Assembly: GCA_965204685.1 (NCBI GenBank)
Contig: OZ242004.1
Span: 1,226,615 to 1,290,614 of the forward strand
Length of the DNA: 64,000 nucleotides
DNA from: Dehalococcoidia bacterium
GTDB lineage: Bacteria > Chloroflexota > Dehalococcoidia > Lucifugimonadales > UBA3495
Direction of reading: 5' to 3'
A program made the translations under genes and the position numbers. Below are positions 57,924-64,000 of this stretch, in pieces. Position 1 is the first letter of the stretch. Every line of letters begins with the position of its first letter. A model generated the notes under the pieces. The model saw only the letters and a list, made by a program, of their open reading frames with translations, was not told where the DNA came from and made no database searches.

Positions 57924-57927
57924 CGTT

Positions 57928-58617
57928 ATGACCGCCGCACGGACTGCCGGACTGCTGCTTTTGCTTGCTGCCGTAGCCACGGCGGTGTCGGTGTTGACCC
58001 GGCTCACCAGCAGCATGGAGCCGCTCGAGGGGGCGCCCGTCCAATTCACCATCATCCTGAGCACCGGCGTGTACGCCATCGCCGGCGCTGCCCGGATACT
58101 CGCCGGCCTGGGCCTGCTGGCGGCGGCGGTATTTCTGCGGCGGACAACGTCGGCTTGGTATCGAGGGGCGGACGCAGCCAGCCTGCTGCTGGGAGCATCG
58201 GGGGCGGTCACCGCAGTATCCGGCGCGTGTATGCTGGCATTGGCGATGGAGATCCCCCAGGCAGTCAGCGGCGGAACCGGCCCTATCGTCGCTCCGATTG
58301 TCTGGGAAATACCGGGCTGGGTCGAGCCAATAGACGCCGCCCGCTGGATCACCGGCAAGATCGGCTTCACCCTGGCTGGGTTGGGCCTGATTGCCCTGGC
58401 GCCGGTGCAGTGGCGCATCGGCGGCCTGCTCAGAGTCTCTGCCGTCGCCGACGTGATTATCGGCGTCGCCATGCTGTTCATCTGGGTGGACGCCGCCACC
58501 GTGATGCACCGCGTATCGGGCATCGCTTTCCTGGTCTGGCTCATCGTCAGCGGCGTGTGGCTGATTGCCGGACTGCTCAAAACCCCGGAGGGAGAAACCC
58601 AACATGGCAACCCGTGA
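57928..58617 (+). CDS. integral membrane protein (229 aa, ~6 hydrophobic helices), unknown function
   Basis: Strongly hydrophobic Ala/Gly/Leu-rich helices. ATG 57928 lies 4 nt after the upstream stop. No SD seen. Confidence 0.6.
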   Translation: MTAARTAGLLLLLAAVATAVSVLTRLTSSMEPLEGAPVQFTIILSTGVYAIAGAARILAGLGLLAAAVFLRRTTSAWYRGADAASLLLGASGAVTAVSGACMLALAMEIPQAVSGGTGPIVAPIVWEIPGWVEPIDAARWITGKIGFTLAGLGLIALAPVQWRIGGLLRVSAVADVIIGVAMLFIWVDAATVMHRVSGIAFLVWLIVSGVWLIAGLLKTPEGETQHGNP

Positions 58618-59101
58618 CGAAAACCTCGCCACCGTCCGCCGCATCCGTGAGGAGTTGACCGGCCTGCTGGACGGCATGGATTACTGCCTGGACTGGAAGG
58701 ACGGCGCCGGATCCGATGCTGATCCATGGTGCGCCCGGGAGGTCCTGTACCACCTGGTTGATACTCCGGAGGGCGGCATTGGCAGCGTCATCGCCGGCGT
58801 GCTGAGCGGCAGCCTTGAAGAGGTCACCATCCTGCCTGACATCAGCAACATCACGCCGGAGCGCCTGGCCTCCGACATTGGCGATGCCCTGGCCGGCCCC
58901 CTGGCCATCCTGCAAACCGCCGAGGACGCCATTGCCAACGCAGACGATGGCGACTTTGAGGGACGAACCGCCCTGGCCCACCTGCCACACCGCGGCATCC
59001 ACGAGCAACGCACGGCGCAATCGTTCATCGACGGCCTGGAACGACACTGGGGCGAGCACCTGAACCAAATCCGCGCCATCCGCGAAGCGCTTGGGATGTG
59101 A
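58604..59101 (+). CDS. DinB-like (four-helix-bundle, DinB_2-type) protein
   Basis: 165 aa. GGAGGGAG RBS. W..REVLYHLVDTPEG near the N-terminus and ...HWGEHLNQIRAIREAL at the C-terminus, typical of DinB-fold His residues. Confidence 0.65.
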   Translation: MATRDENLATVRRIREELTGLLDGMDYCLDWKDGAGSDADPWCAREVLYHLVDTPEGGIGSVIAGVLSGSLEEVTILPDISNITPERLASDIGDALAGPLAILQTAEDAIANADDGDFEGRTALAHLPHRGIHEQRTAQSFIDGLERHWGEHLNQIRAIREALGM

Positions 59102-59185
59102 TCGCTCAGCAACCTGTTTGACACCCACGAAACCGCCCGGTTATATTTCGCCTACTTTCGTTCTCAAAAAGGGAGGAAACCAACT

Positions 59186-60037
59186 ATGACGACTCAGAGG
59201 GGCAGAATTCGGTTTGACGCGGGCAACGTGGCTTTCGTCGTGCAGCATGAGCTGTGGGACGGCAACATCCAGGACCATTCCGACCAGGGCGTGGTCATTC
59301 TGGTTGAAGTGGGCGGCGAGACTGCCCTGCGCTTCAACTGCTTCGACATCGAGAAGAGCTACGTTTACGCGCCGGACGGCGAGAACATCAACTACCGTAT
59401 GGACCACACCGTCGACGGCAACCCCATCGGCTGGTCGGTCAAGACCATGCGCAGCAACCTGGCCGCCATGCTGACCCGGGCCGGCCATGCCGCCGCCGCC
59501 GGCGCGCTGGATATGAACGCCGTCAACGCGGCACTGGACGAAGTGGACGCCACCGCCCGGGTCAAGTTCGCCGCCGAGCGCAACACCGTCAAACACAACC
59601 GCGGCACCGACATCATCGAAGCCGGCAACATCCGATTCGGCCTGGAGATGCGCCGGCAGGCCTCCGGCGACGGCGGGCTGGCCATCCACGTGCTCAGCGA
59701 CCTCGCCGGCAACACGGGCCGCGTGTTCACGGAAGAGACCGAGCTGCTGGCCTTCGACTGCTTCCGCGACGAGCCGCACTACCACTACGGCCCGCGCAAC
59801 AAGAACCACCGGATCTTCTGGGACAAGACCCTGGTCCCCGACCCGCTGGGCTGGTGCCTGGACCAGTTCAAGACGGGCAAGCTCAAGGCCATGCTGGAGC
59901 GGGCCGGCTACCCCGGCGTCGCTGCTGACCTGGACGAGGACCTCCTCGCCTCGGTGATCCCCCAGGTGGAATCCCGTGGCCGCGAGATGGAAGCCGGTGG
60001 CATCCCCGCCGAGGTCACGCCCAACCTGGTGCAGTAA
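59186..60037 (+). CDS. hypothetical protein with internal two-fold domain duplication
   Basis: Halves align: IRFDAGN...ALRFNCFDIEKSYVYAP...NPIGWSVKTMRSNLAAMLTRAG versus IRFGLEM...LLAFDCFRDEPHYHYGP...DPLGWCLDQFKTGKLKAMLERAG. GGGAGG RBS. Confidence 0.65.
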   Translation: MTTQRGRIRFDAGNVAFVVQHELWDGNIQDHSDQGVVILVEVGGETALRFNCFDIEKSYVYAPDGENINYRMDHTVDGNPIGWSVKTMRSNLAAMLTRAGHAAAAGALDMNAVNAALDEVDATARVKFAAERNTVKHNRGTDIIEAGNIRFGLEMRRQASGDGGLAIHVLSDLAGNTGRVFTEETELLAFDCFRDEPHYHYGPRNKNHRIFWDKTLVPDPLGWCLDQFKTGKLKAMLERAGYPGVAADLDEDLLASVIPQVESRGREMEAGGIPAEVTPNLVQ

Positions 60038-60074
60038 TCCAACAGCGCCAGGCGAGCCAGCCGAGTCCTATGCC

Positions 60075-60104
60075 ACCGCCGCCGGAGTGTCGACCGGCGG
60101 CGGT
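60075..60104 (+). terminator. GC-rich hairpin (terminator candidate, no U-tract)
   Basis: ACCGCCGCCGG / CCGGCGGCGGT: a perfect 11-bp stem with an 8-nt loop, 38 nt after the stop at 60037. Confidence 0.4.
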
Positions 60105-60212
60105 AACACTAACGGAACTTCCCGGTCGTCGCTGCAACAGGCATCTTCCTCCGGGATTGGGGCTTGTGCCGGGTAAGTCTGAATTAGGGCGTTACAATCC
60201 TGGGGGTCATCG

Positions 60213-60665
60213 GTGACATTCGAGGAAGTAGTAAAATATCTGGAAGCGGCCGCCTACATCGCCATCGTACTGGCCGTTCTGGGAGTTCCGCAAATGCTGT
60301 CGAGCTATTTTGACATACGAGACCGTCGCGGCGCGCGGGAGGAAACGGAACGCGTCCGCCAAGCAGAGCGGGAAGAGGCGGAACGCGTTCGCCAGGTGGA
60401 GCGGGAAGAGGCGGAACGCGCTCGCCAAGCAGAGCGGGAGGAAACGGAACGCGTTCGCCTGGCGGAGCGAGCGGAGGCCGAGCGCCGGCATACGGAGATG
60501 ATGACTGCTCTCTTCGCCATCATTGACCGAACCAATAACGGGCGCCGCGACATACCGGCCCGGGACGAGGACGTCAATACGGAGATATTGCGCCGCCTGT
60601 CCGTCATCGAGTCCGCGCTGGGAATTGCGACGGAGCCTGGTGATGACGACGAGCGCGTGGCCTGA
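60213..60665 (+). CDS. N-terminally membrane-anchored coiled-coil protein with 11-aa tandem repeats
   Basis: GTG start. One hydrophobic helix (AAAYIAIVLAVLGV), then REE(T/A)ERVRQ(A/V)E x4. Confidence 0.55.
   Translation: MTFEEVVKYLEAAAYIAIVLAVLGVPQMLSSYFDIRDRRGAREETERVRQAEREEAERVRQVEREEAERARQAEREETERVRLAERAEAERRHTEMMTALFAIIDRTNNGRRDIPARDEDVNTEILRRLSVIESALGIATEPGDDDERVA
60336..60488 (+). repeat. 33-bp in-frame tandem repeat (4 full units plus a partial one)
   Basis: Units start at 60336, 60369, 60402 and 60435 (CGGGA[G/A]GA[A/G][A/G]CGGAACGCG[T/C]NCGCC...GAG), followed by a degenerate partial unit. Confidence 0.9.
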
Positions 60666-61119
60666 CGTGACGGGTCGCCAGAACATCACCGTCAAACTGA
60701 TCGAAACGCCCGCCGAGCTCGAGGGCGCGTTCAGCCTGCGCATCCGCGTCTTCGTGGGCGAGCAGGGCGTCCCCGCTGACATCGAGCTGGACGAATTTGA
60801 TACCGCCGACGACACCGTCCACGCCGTGGCCCTGCATGACGGGGTCATCATCGGCACCGGCCGGCTCCTGCCGGACGTGGACGGCAAGGGGCCGCACATC
60901 GGGCGCATGGCGGTGGAACAGGACAGACGGCGCGCCGGCGTCGGCGGGTTGGTGCTGACCTTCCTGGAGGATCAGGGCCGCGCCCGGGGCTTCCGGCAGA
61001 TCACCCTCCACGCCCAGGAGTATGTCAAGTCCTTCTACGCCGGCCACGGCTACCGGGAGGTCGGCGACATCTTTGAGGAAGCCGGCATCCCCCACCGGGA
61101 AATGGTCAAGGAACTATAG
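60643..61119 (+). CDS. GNAT family N-acetyltransferase
   Basis: IGRMAVEQDRRRAGVGGLVLTFLE (acetyl-CoA binding motif A: R/Q-x-x-G-x-G/A). 158 aa. Confidence 0.88.
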   Translation: MTTSAWPDVTGRQNITVKLIETPAELEGAFSLRIRVFVGEQGVPADIELDEFDTADDTVHAVALHDGVIIGTGRLLPDVDGKGPHIGRMAVEQDRRRAGVGGLVLTFLEDQGRARGFRQITLHAQEYVKSFYAGHGYREVGDIFEEAGIPHREMVKEL

Positions 61120-61139
61120 CAACCGGAGAGGCATCACGC

Positions 61140-61652
61140 ATGGGAATTCTCACCGATGACATGAAGCGAGCCCTGACGGAACAGCGGCTCATTTTCGTAG
61201 CCACCGTCTGCCCGGATGGTACGCCGAACCTGTCGCCCAAGGCCACCACCATGATCTGGGACGACGATCACATCCTGTTCACGGATCTGGCTTCACCGGG
61301 CACCATGTACAACCTGGAGCACAACCCATCCATCGAGATCAACGTCGTGGACCAGTTCGCGCGCAAGGGCTACCGCTTCAAGGGCACTGTGGCCGTTCAC
61401 TCCGGCGACGAGCTGGAGGCGACGGTGAAGGAGCGGATGCGCAACGGCCCGTCCAACGTGACGAGCCTGGCCGACAGCGTGCGCGCCGTGGTCCTCATTC
61501 GCGTGGAACAGGCCCTGCCGCTGGTGTCCCCCGGCTACTGGGGTGGCGCCACCGAGGCTGACACCCGCCGCAACTGGGAAGAATACTGGGGGAACATCAA
61601 CGCCGGCTGGCACGAACGCCACGCCGAGCCGGTATCGTCCCAGCCGGCGTAG
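61140..61652 (+). CDS. pyridoxamine 5'-phosphate oxidase-like FMN-binding split-barrel protein
   Basis: ...LIFVATVCPDGTPNLSPK...YRFKGT... is typical of the PNPOx-like family. Confidence 0.82.
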   Translation: MGILTDDMKRALTEQRLIFVATVCPDGTPNLSPKATTMIWDDDHILFTDLASPGTMYNLEHNPSIEINVVDQFARKGYRFKGTVAVHSGDELEATVKERMRNGPSNVTSLADSVRAVVLIRVEQALPLVSPGYWGGATEADTRRNWEEYWGNINAGWHERHAEPVSSQPA

Positions 61653-61690
61653 GGGCGAATAATGATCCGCCCCCGCCGTGTGGCTGAGGG

Positions 61691-62002
61691 TTAGGCTACC
61701 GCCGCTGCCTCCACGCCGTCCATAACGCGCACTTCCATCTTGGCGATGTGGCTGGTGGGCCGGTCGCCCAGGGCCGTGCGCTCCGGCGACGCGAAGTAGG
61801 CCGCCTCCTTCTCCGCAATCTGGTCCGCGCTGTCGAACCGGCGCACCCAGATGAACTCGGTGCGGTCGGCGTTCACGTAGCTGGAGACCACCGGGATGCC
61901 CAGGCGGTCGTGCAGCGGCCGGATGTGCTCGTTGAACAGGCCGAGCCAGGAGTCCATCATGCCGCGGTTGATGGTGTAGATGCGCAACTGGTAGGTAGCC
62001 AT
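61691..62002 (-). CDS. NIPSNAP family protein
   Basis: MATYQLRIYTINRGMMDSWLGLFNEHIRPL.... Confidence 0.82.
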   Translation of the reverse strand: MATYQLRIYTINRGMMDSWLGLFNEHIRPLHDRLGIPVVSSYVNADRTEFIWVRRFDSADQIAEKEAAYFASPERTALGDRPTSHIAKMEVRVMDGVEAAAVA

Positions 62003-62042
62003 TGGTCAAACTCCATGGGTCATTGTGCCGGAAATTTAATCC

Positions 62043-62131
62043 TTTTACCGGGATGCACAGGATACAGGAGATAGACAGGATGATTTGTTGTTATCCCGTT
62101 CATCCGGCTCATCCTGTGCATCCCGGTAAAA
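62043..62131. repeat. CAGGAT-rich palindromic intergenic element (variant family, copy F)
   Basis: Perfect 21-bp terminal inverted repeat TTTTACCGGGATGCACAGGAT (62043-62063) / ATCCTGTGCATCCCGGTAAAA (62111-62131). Confidence 0.9.
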
Positions 62132-62139
62132 CTATACGG

Positions 62140-63225
62140 TCAGGCAACTTGGTACTGGGCGATGGCGTCCTGGCTGAAGGACAGCCCCAGCCCCGGCCGG
62201 TCGGGCACCACCAGGTCCCCGTCCACGATGTCCGGCGTCTCGTCGAACAGCCGCAGTGACCACGGCATGTACTCCACCGTCAGCCCGTTGGGAATGGCCG
62301 AGATCGTGTGCACCTGCACTTCCGGTATCAGGTGGGACACCACCGGCAAGTTGAAGGCCTCCGCCATGCCGGCGATCTTGCGGAAGGGCGTGATACCACC
62401 GGCCCGCAGCAGGTCCACCATCACGATGTCGATGCTCCGGTGCTCCACCATGTGGCGGAAGGGCCGGATGCCGTAGACGTACTCGCCGGCGGCGATGGGC
62501 GTGGTCAGCGCGTCGGCGACCCGGGCCAGCCCCTGGTAGTCGTCCCGGGCCACCACGTCCTCCAGCCAGAAGAGGTGGTACTCCTCAACCATGCTGCCGA
62601 TCTGGATGGCCTGATTCACGTTCCAAAGCTGGTTGATGTCGCACATCAGGTCGATGTCGGGGCCGATGGCGTCCCGCAGGGTGCGGATGCGGGCCACCTC
62701 GCGGGCGGCCGTGGGCTCTGCGCCCATCTGCGTCTTCATCTGGTGGAACCCCTGCTCCACCAGCCGGGGGCCGGCCTCGGACAGGTACTCCAGGCCCATG
62801 GGCCGCATCAGCGCGCCACTGGCGTAGGTGGGCGCCCGGTCCCGGTAGCCGCCCATGAGGCCGCAAACGGTCTGGTCCAGCGCCTTGCCCTTGATGTCCC
62901 ACACCGCCATGTCGATGGGCGCCAGACCCAGCGAGAGGATGCCTTCCGGCCCGGCGGACGAGCAGGCGTCCATCAGCTTACCCCACACGGCCTCGGGGTT
63001 CATCGGGTCTTCACCTACTGCCAGTTCCACCAGGTCGTCCACGGCTCGCCGCAGCGCATGAACCAGCGGGCCGCCGAAAAAGGTGAGGCCGATGCCGGTG
63101 ATGCCCTCGTCGGTGTGGAGTTCCAGCGTGACGAACTCGCGGGTGCCCGGTTGATCGATGCCCACCACCAGCGGGTTGTCCGCCGGTGTCTGCAGAACGC
63201 GCGTGGTGCCGCCGGTGATTCTCAT
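62140..63225 (-). CDS. mandelate racemase/muconate lactonizing enzyme (enolase superfamily) protein
   Basis: ...HTDEGITGIG..., IDMAVWDIKGK and the metal-ligand region (DINQLW, EDV). Start ATG 63225 (MRITGG) has a GGAG RBS; the track start is 63261. Confidence 0.88.
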   Translation of the reverse strand: MRITGGTTRVLQTPADNPLVVGIDQPGTREFVTLELHTDEGITGIGLTFFGGPLVHALRRAVDDLVELAVGEDPMNPEAVWGKLMDACSSAGPEGILSLGLAPIDMAVWDIKGKALDQTVCGLMGGYRDRAPTYASGALMRPMGLEYLSEAGPRLVEQGFHQMKTQMGAEPTAAREVARIRTLRDAIGPDIDLMCDINQLWNVNQAIQIGSMVEEYHLFWLEDVVARDDYQGLARVADALTTPIAAGEYVYGIRPFRHMVEHRSIDIVMVDLLRAGGITPFRKIAGMAEAFNLPVVSHLIPEVQVHTISAIPNGLTVEYMPWSLRLFDETPDIVDGDLVVPDRPGLGLSFSQDAIAQYQVA

Positions 63226-63331
63226 AAGGGTTAACTCCGTGCTTGGTATGGCGTAAGGCAATGTAGCACGCGCCTACAACACCGGCAACACGGATACGTA
63301 CTGATGCGTACTCGGTTTGCGGCGGGGAAAT

Positions 63332-63441
63332 GTCAGAATCAGGATTTTCAAGATTTGGGGATTATCAGGATTGGAACCGTTCCGTGATGGATCTCTCTCA
63401 ATCCTGTCAAATCATAAAATCCCGCAAATCCTGATTCTGAC
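63332..63441. repeat. nested-palindromic GGATT-rich intergenic element (copy D, inverted relative to copy C)
   Basis: Perfect 15-bp termini GTCAGAATCAGGATT / AATCCTGATTCTGAC. The core GGAACCGTTCCGTGATGGA matches the reverse complement of the copy C core. Confidence 0.9.
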
Positions 63442-63553
63442 GATTCGTGCAAGTGGGAACCCCCCGAGCAGTGAGCCAGTTTGACGCCCGCCCCCGGCCG
63501 GCGTAGCATTACTTTTATCCAACCTGCTGTTTCCAGATACCCGGGAGGCGCTG

Positions 63554-64000
63554 ATGACGACTGTACCGAACAATACCGACGAAATCCGCCAGGCCGTCCA
63601 GGACCACTACGGTCAGCGCGCCTTGCGGGTGATCCAGCTGACCGATGTCACGCCCCAGGGCGAGGGATGCGGCGCCGAGAACTGCGGCCATGGGACCTGC
63701 GGCGCCGACGACTGCGGGCACGACACCGCGGCTTGCGGTTGCGGCGATACGACCGCCGTCGCCTGTTGCGGCCCCGCCGACACCGAGCGCGCCATGGCCC
63801 TGTACAACGAGGCCCAACTCCAGGGTCTGCCCGTGGAGGCGATGGCCGCCTCTGCCGGCTGCGGCAACCCCACCGCCCTGGCCGACCTGCGTCCCGGCGA
63901 AACGGTGCTCGATCTGGGTTCCGGCGGAGGCATCGACTGCTTCATCGCCGCCGAGCAGGTGGGCGAGTCGGGACGGGTCTTCGGGCTGGACATGACCCCC
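63554..64000 (+). CDS. arsM: arsenite S-adenosylmethionine methyltransferase-like protein (3' end outside window)
   Basis: Hand translation from ATG 63554 (GGGAGG RBS) gives [20 protein letters not shown]...[39 protein letters not shown]...VFGLDMTP. It is not in the ORF track because it is open at the window end. Confidence 0.82.
   Translation, partial: MTTVPNNTDEIRQAVQDHYGQRALRVIQLTDVTPQGEGCGAENCGHGTCGADDCGHDTAACGCGDTTAVACCGPADTERAMALYNEAQLQGLPVEAMAASAGCGNPTALADLRPGETVLDLGSGGGIDCFIAAEQVGESGRVFGLDMTP

Noticed and set aside
60336-60488. Possible CRISPR array
   Set aside because: The 33-bp units are directly adjacent with no spacers and lie in frame inside a coding sequence. No cas genes are present anywhere in the window.

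Overview
This is a 64-kb high-GC bacterial chromosome segment (G+C judged by eye, not computed) with one tRNA and no rRNA. A short ~168-aa EF-Ts, a T-box leader, many LLM/F420-type oxidoreductases, amidases, enolase-superfamily and Uma2 genes suggest a Chloroflexota-like organism, possibly of SAR202/Dehalococcoidia type. That placement is inference only.

Layout:
- (i) 1-2.1 kb: redox enzymes.
- (ii) 2.1-15.3 kb: a single co-directional minus-strand nitrogen block, urtABCDE-glnA-ureA-[insert]-ureB-ureC-ureF-[insert]-ureG-ureD.
- (iii) 15.5-36.6 kb: hydrolytic and catabolic genes (amidohydrolase, GMC oxidoreductase, lactonase, LLM, ACAD-like, NHL, beta-lactamase-like, GGT, two amidases), mixed with toxin-antitoxin (TA) modules and tRNA-Ala.
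- (iv) 36.7-44.2 kb: the conserved rpsB-tsf-pyrH-frr-uppS-cdsA-dxr-rseP block.
- (v) 44.4-52.9 kb: dienelactone hydrolase, two MFS transporters, lhgO, hicAB, a PrpD-like gene and qor.
- (vi) 52.9-61.1 kb: an accessory patch. It holds phd-vapC plus an orphan gene, T-box-controlled trpE, a HigB/Gp49-like toxin with a chimeric partner, paralogous helical proteins, a membrane protein, a DinB-like protein, repeat proteins and a GNAT.
- (vii) PNPOx-like, NIPSNAP, an enolase-superfamily gene and the 5' part of arsM.

Most notable observations:
- An in-frame TGA at the deiodinase-type FGSxT-U-PPF position, followed by a SECIS-like hairpin. This indicates a selenoprotein that the ORF track splits in two.
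- Two nuclease-family genes inserted inside the urease operon.
- A family of ~110-nt nested-palindromic GGATT-rich intergenic elements.
- A Trp T-box leader.
- An unusually high density of atypical TA-like modules: tandem HicB, an MNT-HEPN fusion, a phd-vapC-orfX triplet and an orphan toxin.

All calls come from reading the sequence and ORF translations. No database search was run. Start codons were chosen by RBS and overlap inspection and are approximate.
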